A stretch of DNA of 64,000 bases from Marsupella aquatica. Its lineage: Eukaryota; Plantae; Marchantiophyta. The notes below the pieces were generated by a model. It saw only the letters and a program-made list of their open reading frames with translations, did no database searches and was not told the DNA's origin. The translations under genes and the position numbers were made by a program. Location of the stretch: the NCBI GenBank assembly GCA_973895155.1, contig OZ316898.1, positions 19,479,292 to 19,543,291 on the forward strand, given 5' to 3'. Shown here piece after piece: positions 28,342-38,947 of the stretch. The first letter of the stretch is position 1. Every line of letters starts with the position of its first letter.

Positions 28342-29457
28342 TCACCTTAGATTCAATCGAAAATGCTTAGATGCTTCCAGTGCGTGCGGTTGATCAAGAA
28401 TTGATTTTGCACCACCAGGAGAAGAGTGAATGGCGGAGTGCAGCCAAGGAAAAATCACGTCATTGGCATCGCTTGTGAAAGAATGCTTGGCGAAAGCCCT
28501 CTTCAGCTCCTGCTGCACTGGAGCACCGAGGCAAAGATTCCCAGACGGGCATAACGGCAGCACTTTCGCATTCCGTAACACGGATTGCCAGTCCTCGATG
28601 CTTGGGTCTCTAGTGAGATACCCATTGCCATCGACCCATCCAGCAGCTTCGTAAGCTGCGAAGATCGCGCGTGACATCTCGTCGCTCATGCACCGAATGC
28701 GCTCCGTGAAGAAAAGCGGGGAGAGCGGCTTTGGCCAAATCTCCGTGTAAGCCACCTTCACTCCTCGTGAGCTAAGAATCGCCATCGCCATTTTGGCCTT
28801 CCCTGTGTGATTCATCTCGGGGTTGGATTCATCAACAGGCATTTACGCAAAGAGCGTTGTTGGAAAATTTCCCGGAGTTGCCACCGCCTCCACTTCCAAG
28901 AGTCCTCCTGCACACGACAACACCATCGCTTGCATGGGAAGGATCTGAGTTAGCGCGGTCGCGATAAATGTGCCTGACGACTGGCCCCATACCACCAAGG
29001 GCAGGCTGTCCAACATGTTCTCTGCCATCCACTGCTTAACTACAGCATTCAAAAGAGGCACGTCGACGATATTCTTATTTGCGGCATCGGCTGTCATTAC
29101 GATGACAGCATAATTTCTCTGAAGAGCTTCCAGGACCACGGCCCGGTGTTCGGGCATTCCATAGCATTTCTCGCAGTTGGGTCCCCGATCAAAGAATTCG
29201 AACGCGTTCCCGTTATTTTCGTGTGCGAAGAGCAGAACTGCTTTGTGGTCGGACGGAATTTGCCATACGACGTCGTGTCCATGATGCACTTCGTGAAATG
29301 GATCCATAAGCGGGTCCGTGAGAGAACATGGCGGATGGCTCCTCGGATCGAAGCCTTCAACGGTCCAAAGCACTGACCAAAGAAGGAGAGGCAGCAAACT
29401 GACGAGAATTGTTTTGGGCTTGGTCCTATGCTTGAGTTCCATTTTGATGTTCGCCAT
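28342..29457 (-). pseudogene. Secreted alpha/beta-hydrolase-fold protein, intronless, with one premature stop
   Basis: ORFs 29457-28843 and 28842-28342 are in frame, separated only by TAA where the paralog has TAC (FAY MPVDES). Signal-peptide-like N-terminus, DVVWQIP..KAVLLFAH, CxxC.G.PE, GQSSG elbow, MPVD, H-SFTS. Confidence 0.8.
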
Positions 29458-29757
29458 CTTCGAACTCCCAAAAGAAGATCATAGAGCTCCCTCCGTCGCC
29501 TACAACTTTGAAAACATTTTCAGAACACGGGCATCACGTCTTCGATGGATCCAATGCTGCAGCAATCATCTTGAGGCTTGGGCTGGTGGAGCCACTACCG
29601 TAGTGCACAATCATGTGCTGCCCCAAAGACCTCGCCGCGTTGCCAATATAAATTTGTGTGCAACATTGCTTGCTTTTCGTCATAGCTCTTGCCCATGCTT
29701 TTCAATAGGTATATGCTTGATGGGACCCTGCAAAAGCTGATGGGACCCTGCAAAAAC

Positions 29758-29877
29758 AAATGTAGGTGATAAGCCCTTATGAAGCTTTTGCTACAAACTA
29801 GGCCCCATGTGACACTCAAATGTAGGTGATAATCCCTTATGAAGCTTTTGCTACAAACTAGGCCCCATGTGACACTT
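29758..29877. repeat. 60-bp tandem duplication
   Basis: AAATGTAGGTGATAA.CCCTTATGAAGCTTTTGCTACAAACTAGGCCCCATGTGACACT occurs twice. Confidence 0.9.
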
Positions 29878-30104
29878 TTTGTGTGATGTTCTGACTTCTG
29901 AAGTTACTATAAGTATTTTTAGTTTGATGTTATCACCAATAAAACCAATAAAGTTTAGAGTGAAACCATGTTGAATGACAAAGTACACAGTTGGGGGAAC
30001 AGCGGAGTAATGGCGGTTGTTCTTGCACACTGCAAGTTCCTAAGTTTATGCCTCCAGTTTGAATTTCTACCGTACCGTTTGTCTCTGGGTTGCTTCAAGC
30101 AACT

Positions 30105-31050
30105 AGTGGTGGACCTAGGCACCACCGCCCTCACCAAACCTAATACTCTTGCCTAAGTACCCTTGGTACACAAACGCCTCAATCTCAAGACCATTGTCTT
30201 GCCTCAAGCTCAACTTACAACCATTAGTAAGTAGGTCATTGTCTAGAACTTCTCAGGTCCGCATGGCCTGCCATAAGTTGAAGCTAAGGTCGACACCCAC
30301 TAATTGTCATGAACAACCCTACTACCGGGTGGCGTCCGAGCTTCCTCACTTTCTATCCATCATTAGCTAACCGCTTTTCCTCTAGTATTTGCCCATGGCT
30401 CAAATAGCTACTAGCTTGCCCGGCCCAAAGTTTGTCCCAAATGCCAGGACCAGCTTGGCCCCGACTCGAGCAACCATCTCCATGGCTCTAACTCAACTGA
30501 GAGTCCAAGGGCAAGATGCACTTGGACCTCAATGTTCGTGCCTACTCCACATTGCCTCCCCAACTCAAGATCTTGTGGGAAATTGAACGTGACTTGGATG
30601 TTGTTTTGAAAAGATTCGCAAGCGGGTGAGATAGCCCTTGCAAACCTAAAGTACCAAAGGCGCCCCCAAACCCAATCAAGCTCAAGAGGATGTAGTCCTC
30701 CTTGATAGCTTTCCAACGCACCCAAGAAATCTTCCAACTGACTTCCCGTTGAGAAGTTATTATCGTTTCCATTCGACATTTCCCACTAGTAGAGCGACCG
30801 TCACACTTCACGACTTGGGCTCGCCCTTGGCCCCCAGTGAGACACCACTCCTCTCATATATGATTTTGGGGACCTGTTACCCCCTAACCAACTTTGGTCC
30901 CCTATTTTGGCCCTCCTTGGACTCAAACCCATCCAATGCTAACTTGTTATGCCCATAATTTTCTAGTAACTAAGATGTTTCTAGGTGAGGTATCTTAGCC
31001 CGTTGCGATCAGGCCTACACGTTGCTCATGCCCAAGCACTCAAACTCATC
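30105..31050. mobile_element. Degenerate dispersed repeat (probable TE coding remnant), homologous to 59632-60740
   Basis: Collinear matches such as AGTGGTGGACCT..CGCCCTCACCAA, GAGACACCACTCC.CTCATATA and TTAGCCCGTTG.GATC; this copy lacks about 165 bp present in the other. Confidence 0.6.
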
Positions 31051-31279
31051 ATCTGTTGAGGTTCTGGGAAACAACAAAAAATTCCTCGCATGAGAAATTT
31101 TTTGCTCACATGACCCTTAAATTTTCTATTTCCAACTGCCTTGTTAACAACAACCTGGTTGATAACATACATTTTTGTGACTCATATTTTTGCTATCGAA
31201 CTCGCTAGCCATTTAGAGTCATAAAAACACCAAATATATAAAAGGCAAAAAAAGCAAAAGAAATTAAAAACCACGGGTG

Positions 31280-32575
31280 TCTAGCTAATAATACGTACTC
31301 TCCTAGCTAACAATATTCCTGTTTGCTTGCATTATGCAATACCTCAAGCATGTATTCCTAGCTAACAAAACCGGTAGAACCACTCTGATAGCAAACAACA
31401 AATAGTTACTCGTAAAAACAAACGGGTGGTAATGTTTTTGTAATTCGTTTTGGAAATTCTTTTTGAATTTGTTTTTTGAATTTGTTTTATTTCTGTACAG
31501 TTGATATTTTCTTGCTAGTGCCTGGAGTTAGTAATAGTATTGCCTGACACTAAAAAACAATTGTGATGTTTTAAATTATTTTGAAAATTGTGACTTTTAA
31601 TGACACATTTTTTAGATTATTTTGTTTATTAGTAATAGTAAACTTTTTCTCGGAACAATAATTGTTTTTGCTCATAACAATAAATTTGTTTGCTGTCATG
31701 GTGAAAATATTTAACAAATCCACTAGTGTCTACTGTAGCTAACAAGAGTCTCCTTGCTAAGAAAATTTACTTTTTGCTAGCATTATACAATACTTCAAGT
31801 GTCTCCTATCTAACAAACCCACTAGTGTCTCGCAAACAATAGTCTCCTAGTTGACAAAATTCCAGTTCTTAGCTAACAAAATCCAGTTCCCTTGCATTAT
31901 AGAATACCTCATCCGACAATAGTCTCCTAGTTCAGCCCAGGTACCATAGGAAGCTACATGAGGAGGTCTTGCAGATCCCACCGGTTCCCCGCCCCCCGTC
32001 CACCCTGAACGTCTAGTTTACAACAGGTGTGTAGCTGCACTACAGATTAGACTGATAGAACTTACCTTCTCTCATGGACCCACTGGATGGAACCTCGCCG
32101 GGGCCTGATCACTGGCCGGTCTTAGGAGTGTGCTGCTCCCGCTGTAGTATCTAAATTACTTGTTTAGTTGCCCCTTTTTGAGACTCAGCTTCTCCCCTGG
32201 CACCGGCTCCACCGGTCTTTTAGCACATCGACCCTCAGTCCTCTTGGGTGTGGCCCTTTTTGGTACCCCCTTCTCTTTGTATGTTGACTATTTGAATGGT
32301 CACTTGGTTTTTTTTTAGGCAAAAAAAATAGTCTCCTAGTTGACAAAATTCCTGTTCCTAGCTAACAAAATTCCTATTTCCTTGCATATAGAATACCCAT
32401 TAGCTGACAGAATTACTGTTTGCCTGCATTATAAAATACCCATTAGCTAACAGAAATTCCTGTTCCCCTGCATTATAGAATACCCATTAGCTAACAGAAT
32501 TACTGTTTGCTTGCATTATAAAATACCCATTAGCTAACAGAATTACTGTTTGCTTTCATATACAATACCTCAAGC
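31280..32575. repeat. Degenerate tandem array (TAGCTAACAAAAT..C.GTT...TTGCATTATA.AATACC units)
   Basis: Many visible copies; interrupted by the 31933-32326 insertion. Confidence 0.75.
31933..32326 (+). mobile_element. 5'-truncated non-LTR retrotransposon (LINE-like) insertion with A-tail and 15-bp TSD
   Basis: Flanked by AATAGTCTCCTAGTT at 31918-31932 and 32327-32341; ends in an A-run; starts with a short open frame (QPRYHRKLHEEVLQIPPVPRPPSTLNV*) followed by UTR-like sequence. Confidence 0.65.
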
Positions 32576-32639
32576 ATGTCCAGTTGTCCACTGCGGTAGC
32601 AGCTCCCACAGCCCAAGATGATTGCTACAGGATTCTATC

Positions 32640-33000
32640 GACGGCATTCCTCAACACCAGCCAGTTGAGCAAACACTTGCCATCGTCAGCTGAAGATGGA
32701 GGAGACAAAACGCCTACAGCTTTCCTCAACACCAGCCAGTTGACGAAACACTTGCCATCGCCAGCTGAATATGGAGGAGACACTATGCCTACAGCTTTCC
32801 TCATCACCAGCCAGCTGAAGATGGAGGAGACACTATGCCTACAGCTTTCCTCAACACCAGCCAGCTGAGGAAACACTTTCCGTCGTCAGCTGAAGATGGA
32901 GACACAATGCCGACGGCTTTCCTCAACATCAGCCAGTTGAAGAAACACTTGCCATCGTCAGCTGAAGATGGAGACACTGAAGACGGAGACACAATGCCAT
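32640..33000. repeat. About 75-bp tandem repeat (about 5 copies) just upstream of the hydrolase gene
   Basis: GCTTTCCTCAACACCAGCCAG.TGA..AAACACTTGCCATCG.CAGCTGAAGATGGAGGAGACA units at about 32640, 32715, 32790, 32840 and 32912. Confidence 0.9.
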
Positions 33001-33067
33001 GATGTGGAAACAAATTACAGAGTAGTACGTTAGACAGGGCTCTGTCGAAATTGGCGAACAGATCAAA

Positions 33068-34168
33068 ATGGGGCTCAAGCATGGGAGAAAGCCCGAAACA
33101 TTCCTCGTCGGATTTTTACCTCTACTTCTTTGGTCAGTGGCTCGGATCATTATTGTAGCTGAAGCTGCAGCGGGCGCAGGCTTGGAGCTGTTGAGCCCGG
33201 CGCCATGTTCCTTCAGGGATCCACTGTCGGATCCAATTCACGAAATGCATCATGGACACGACGTCGTATGGCAAATTCCGTCCGACCGCAAAGCTGTCCT
33301 GCTCTTCGCACACGGATATGGCACGGACGCGTTCGTATACTTCGCTCCAGGACCCAACTGTGAGCAATGCTATGGATTGCCTGAACATCGGACCGTAGTC
33401 CTGGAAGCTCTCCGGCGACGGTATGCTGTCATAGTAGTGTCGGTCGATGCCGCAGATATGGAAGGCGCCGACGCGGCCATTGTGTATACCGTCGTTAAGG
33501 AGTGGATGGCAGAGCACATGTTGGACAGCCTGCCCTTGGCGGTGTGGGGTCATGCTTCAGGGACCTATCTCGCGACGGCTCTAACCCTGAGCCTTCCAAT
33601 ACAGGCGATGGTGCTCATGTGTGGCGAAGGGATCTTCGAAGTGGAAGAGGTGGCGACCCCGCTAAGTTTTCCACCAACGATCTTCGCGTACATGCCTGTT
33701 GATGAATCCGATCGATTCTTGAACCACACAGGAAAGGCCAAAACAGCGATGGCGGTCCTCAGCTTGCTTGGAGTGGAAGTGGCTTACACAGAGCTTTGGC
33801 CGAAGCCGCTTTCCCCGCTCTTCTTCACGGAGCGCATTCTGTGCATGAGCGAGGAGGTGTCACGGGCGATCTATGCGGCTTATGAAGCTGCTGGATGGAT
33901 AGGCGCCAATGGGTATCTCACGAGAGACCCAAGCCAGGAGGACTGGCAATCCGTGTTACTGAATGCTAAAGCGCTGCCCTTATGCCCGTTTGGGAATCTT
34001 TGCCTAGGTGCTCAAGTGGAGCAGGAGCTGAAGATGGCATTCGCTATGCATTCGTTCACGAGCGATGGTAATGGCGTGATTTTTCCTTGGCTGGACTCGA
34101 CCATTAGCTCTTCTTCTAGTGCTGAAGCATCAATTCTTGAATCTCCCGCACTCACTGCAACGATTTGA
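33068..34168 (+). CDS. Secreted alpha/beta-hydrolase-fold protein (plant uncharacterised family), 366 aa, intronless
   Basis: Intact ORF with hydrophobic N-terminus; DVVWQIPSDRKAVLLFAHG, CEQCYGLPEHR.VVLEAL, WGHASGT, FPPTIFAYMPVD, AMHSFTS; close paralog of 28342-29457. Confidence 0.85.
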   Translation: MGLKHGRKPETFLVGFLPLLLWSVARIIIVAEAAAGAGLELLSPAPCSFRDPLSDPIHEMHHGHDVVWQIPSDRKAVLLFAHGYGTDAFVYFAPGPNCEQCYGLPEHRTVVLEALRRRYAVIVVSVDAADMEGADAAIVYTVVKEWMAEHMLDSLPLAVWGHASGTYLATALTLSLPIQAMVLMCGEGIFEVEEVATPLSFPPTIFAYMPVDESDRFLNHTGKAKTAMAVLSLLGVEVAYTELWPKPLSPLFFTERILCMSEEVSRAIYAAYEAAGWIGANGYLTRDPSQEDWQSVLLNAKALPLCPFGNLCLGAQVEQELKMAFAMHSFTSDGNGVIFPWLDSTISSSSSAEASILESPALTATI

Positions 34169-36671
34169 ACATTTCGGATGGTTTGAAAATATTCGTGACT
34201 CCTCTTTACCATCAGATACTCAGGCGATAATATTTATGAACTCCATCTCCCATCTCTTCAGCTCGAGATTTGCCATCACAATGCTGCTACTCAGAATTGA
34301 ATTTCAATTTACTTCCCCCTAGCAGAAATTCATTTCCATCCTCTAGCTCCTAACTGCATCCATTCTCTCGCCATCCTTCCATGTTCCATCTGGACATCTT
34401 CGATCACTCTTGTTGCTGTCATTCCTCGTGCTTCCATTGCCCAACTGTGGAACCATCCCTCTCGTGTAGTTTTGTCCTAATTTGGTTACCATTCGCCCTA
34501 TCAACTGCTGTTGTCCTATTGTTCTCCAAAAAGCAAACCTTGCATGATTGTTGCTCCCTGCGTTCTCAACTCCCTGTGCCTCATCCCCCTTAGATTTTCT
34601 TTTTCTGGATTCAACCTCCGACCCATCTCCCTGCCGACATTATTTGTTTGGTCTAGCTAGTTTCCATGCCCTCGGCTCCTGAATTTCTTTCCTTCTTGTG
34701 GCTGAATTTTGTGTCATTGGCCAGATACTCCTCTTAGTGTTTCGTGCGCATGTGCCTTACTTTTAATTGTCTGGAAATTCTCGTCCATTCTTATTCTTCA
34801 CTGTTTTGTTCTAATATTGGTTTGATGCTGTCTTGCTTCGATTGCATTCCTGCTCTATATCAAATCAGTCACACCTCCTTCATCATTCCCCAACATTGGT
34901 GTTAACAAAGTGACTCTGAACTAGATTTTTGCAGTTCCAATCCCTCCTGTGCTGACAAAATCCCTCCTTTACTGACAAAGACTGAGCGATCTCGCTCTTT
35001 ACGGTTCATATCTCGTTTGTCATAGTTGCCTTATGTCCCGTTTTTATTTGCTTCATTTCCCTCTGGAATAGGGCTTTCTTCTCGTTCCATCTCCTTCTCT
35101 AGGTCAAAACTCCCTTAGTTTCGTATCATACAACAAATTTTGTTTGCGCCAGCGATATTCTATTGATCTCCTCAACTCACCTACAACCTCTCTACACCTG
35201 AAGAACCGTCATTTTCCCTTCAGTATGCTCGGATTATTCTTGTGCAGCATTTGTGGTTACCTGTAACTGTTCGCTCTTCTAATTTGACTTCTTCAATTGC
35301 TTCATGTATATTCTTCTAATGTTGAGTTTGCGTAATCACTACTTAGCAGCGCACACATCCAAATAAACACCTACATCCGCCAAATTGAATCACCCACTTA
35401 TCTCATTTGAACAGTTCTTCTATATGAGTTTGTGCCTTTCTATATTTTCCTGACCTCCCCTTTGAGACAATACTCCGGCTCATGAGAGTCCGTCAATAGG
35501 GAGCAGCAATTTTCTTGGTTCCTTTGCTGGAGGATGACGAGCTTTTCCTCGGTTCCTCTGTAAGCACGCTGCAGCTCTGCTTCGGTTGTTCCCATCAGAT
35601 GCTTTATGGTGGTGCAAACTAAATTTTACTCGGAATCATGCTCCTTTTCCGGCCAGTTTTCAGTATCGGGAATACTCTCTCCGTTTTGTCATTCTCTAGA
35701 CACAGAAGGACAATCGCAACACAATGGGTCAAGAACTATTGGCGAAATTATGTGGATCTTGTTTCAGCGTCCTATGCGTTTCTTTGGAAATGTTGGCAGC
35801 TTTGCTTTCACGAAAATGCGTAGCCTGAGGCTTGTTTATAAAATAGTGCCAGAATTGTCACCGATGGGGGGCTTTTCAAGTTGTGTCTCGGGTACTGATG
35901 GCGAACGTGATGATAATTTGAATCGCAGAAATAGTCATGAAGCCCATGTCACAGGGAAAATTAAGAATTCTTCCAGAATAATGATGTCTGCCTATTCATT
36001 CTTTTAACCAAGTTGTTCAGGCCCTGAGAGCGATCATGTTTACTTTATGTAGACGAAGTTATTTCAAAGCTTCATCTATGATTCGAGAAACGCACGAAGC
36101 AAAATTACGTTAGAGCCAACGGCTCTGGTGTACAAGATAAGTGATGTCGCCTCTGAAGGGAGAAGGGGCTCTTCAAGCTCTTGGAATGCTCTAGGTCATG
36201 GAACTAGCCGGGTTAGGACGAGAAAAGCCCTCTTAAGTCGTAGAAAGCACATTCCAAACGGTTGTCAAATTCTCAGGTGGCCTTCCATCGAGGGTCATCC
36301 GACTGCCTTCAGTAGAATTGACGAGTCCTTGTCCAAGGTTCAATTTTCTTCTCAGTGCGATTCAGCAAGAGCTTCCAGGTTCCCTTCTAGATATATGACA
36401 GATATCAAGTATCTCGTTACTGGATAGAACCTCTACAGCTTGTCCTTTTCAGTATTCACATTGTATGAGTACACTTCATTCTATATTCTTAAAATTGAAC
36501 AACCAACCTTTTGTTCATTAGAATAATTGTGATCCTTCATAATCCTCTCACAATTAAAATCATCTCGATAATGCAAATTTGGTCTCATCCTTATATTGTG
36601 TCAATAGGACTAAGGTTCCACTGTTTTCCTGTTCTAGCGATCTGTTTTGATTAGTTGGTTCATATGGAATG

Positions 36672-37323
36672 ACTTTTTTTTTCTTAACGACATCTTTTTA
36701 TTTCGAGACATCTTTCACATAACAACATCTTTTGTGTAACACACGGGTATTTTCCCTGAACGATGTCTTGGCCGACACGATATTTTTTTCACAATGACCT
36801 CTTGGCCAACACGACATCTTTTGTTTTCAACGACTTCTTAATTGGCCAACATGATATTTTTTTTTCTCAATGACCTCTTGGCCAACACAACATCTTTTTT
36901 TCTCAACGACTTCTTTTCTCTCAATGACCTTTTGGGCAACATGACATCTGTCCACGACCTCTTGGCCAACACTACATATTTTCTTTCAACAACCTCTTGG
37001 CTGACACAACATCTTTTTTTCTCAATGACATATTGGCCAACACAACTTCTTTTCTCTCAACGACCTCTTGGGCAACACGATATCTTTACTCTCAACGACC
37101 TCTTGAGCAACATAACATCTTTTCTCTTAACGACCTCTTGGGCGACACAACATGTTTTCTCTCAACGACCTCTTGGGCGACATGACATCTTTTCTCTCAC
37201 GACCTCTTGCCCAACACAACATCTTTTCTCTCGACGACCTCTTCGCTGACATGACATCATTTTTTCTCAATGACATTTTGGCCGACACGACTTCTTTTGT
37301 GCAACACACGGGTATTGAGCTAG
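36672..37323 (+). mobile_element. Helitron-like non-autonomous element: minisatellite body plus 3' hairpin and CTAG end
   Basis: Array of about 35-40-bp TTTCTCAACGACCTCTTGGCCAACACGACATC units ending TTTTGTGCAACACACGGGTATTGAG-CTAG|T. This looks like a C>T-decayed CCCGTGCAACGCACGGG hairpin about 7 nt before CTAG. Confidence 0.65.
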
Positions 37324-38820
37324 TGCCACTATGATACAGAGAAGTAGTAGGCGGCACGGGGGAACCTCTAAGAAGACTAATTTGAGAAGGCAAATTTTCC
37401 TATTTGCAAATAGAAGGGAATTGAGTGGTTGCCCCCACACCCACAGCCATAAAAATGGAGAATGAAGGGAACTTCGTAACAATTGTGGAACGTAGGCAAT
37501 TTGGAGGGGCAGCCGGTTGGTACACAGTATGCTAAGGCCCTGTCCCAAGTACCTTATGCAAATAAGGTCCAAATATAAGAGGGGGCTTAATAGAGTGGGC
37601 TCAAGCCCTATGTCAAGAGACTTTCATTCTCGTAAGAACAAGAGTACTAAGCATTTATGGGGTTCTATTTTAACACAGTAACTATGTTTATTTGTTTTTA
37701 AAAAAGGGGAAATGTGTGAAACCTCACAGAAAGTGAATAGTTAGCCATAATATTTGAACTCTAGACTTATGAATCTCTCTACATGTTTCTCTCACTGGCA
37801 AACTAAATTTTAAACTGGTTTTGTTCCAATTTCTCAGGGCTCAATGTACTGTCATACGCGTTTATGACAGTTGTAAGAATGATCTAACAAAATTTCCAAA
37901 GCCAGTTGCGCTGCTTGCTCTCGTGCGATTTCAACTTAAATAAAAGAAGAGAGTAAGGAACCATCGCTTCTACTGTAGTGTGGGACTGGGTTCTCCCTGA
38001 GCAGACTTGATCAAAGGTTTGAATTGCTTTGTTTGATTTGTTTTTTCTCTGGGAACTGTAGGCATAGATTTTCTGCCGCGTTGAAATCTTTTCTGGATTG
38101 CTACAGTCTTGAATTTCTTAGGTTGAGTCCTACAATTATGACGCAGGCATGGGCCACATTCGAAAAGTTTTAGCTATCATGGGTCCCTCCCTCCCTTGAA
38201 TCCTTGAATTGCCCCCCTACAAAATGGCCATTCGAGGCAATGTGGGGTTATATTCTATCGTAAATTCCTATCAATCATGTCAATGGAGGAAACGAGGAAT
38301 GGGTCACAACGGGTCCCAAAGCTTGTATAATCATCAGCGACCATCCCTCCCTATTCTCGTATTCCTTGATTAGACTGTGGGACCTCACAGTGGTCAGCCT
38401 GGATATCTTTTGACAGTAGGGCTTGGGACGGACTGGGCTATGTCAAATCTACTGCAGACTGGACTTGTTCGAGCTAATTGCACAGATTGCACGTGAAGAG
38501 ACAGCGCGTGTTTTTCTCTGGTCCGTTGATATGTGGAAAAAATGTTGACTCTACCTTAGTATAATCTTGTACCGTCAAACAAATTAGTCTAGTACAAGCT
38601 CTCTGGGATTGATCCTTGTTCTTCTCAACTAGGGGCCACTTTGGGAACATACACCTCAACTTACCACTTTAGACGAATTGGTGGTTGATGGACCCCCAAA
38701 ATAAATAGTGTACTTTAGAGGAATTGGTAGTTGATCTACCCTCAAATGAAAAGTGCTATTTGATGAGATCGGAGGTTTTGGGTAAGTTGATTTAACTTCC
38801 CACTTTACAGAAATTGGTGG

Positions 38821-38947
38821 TTGATGGACCCCCAAAATGAAAAGTGCCATTTGATGGGACCCCTAAGGTTTGGGTAAGTTGATTTAAGGTCTATTGGTGG
38901 CTTAGGGGTCCCATCAAGTAACACTTTTCATTTTAGGGGTCCATCAA
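38821..38947. repeat. Inverted repeat (47-bp arms, about 33-bp spacer)
   Basis: TTGATGGACCCCCAAAATGAAAAGTGCCATTTGATGGGACCCCTAAG pairs with CTTAGGGGTCCCATCAAGTAACACTTTTCATTTTAGGGGTCCATCAA (4 mismatches). Confidence 0.85.

Noticed and set aside
32640-33000. CRISPR-like appearance of regular repeats (also 11990-12645 and 36672-37300)
   Set aside because: Units are tandem with no unique spacers, there are no cas genes, and the context is eukaryotic.
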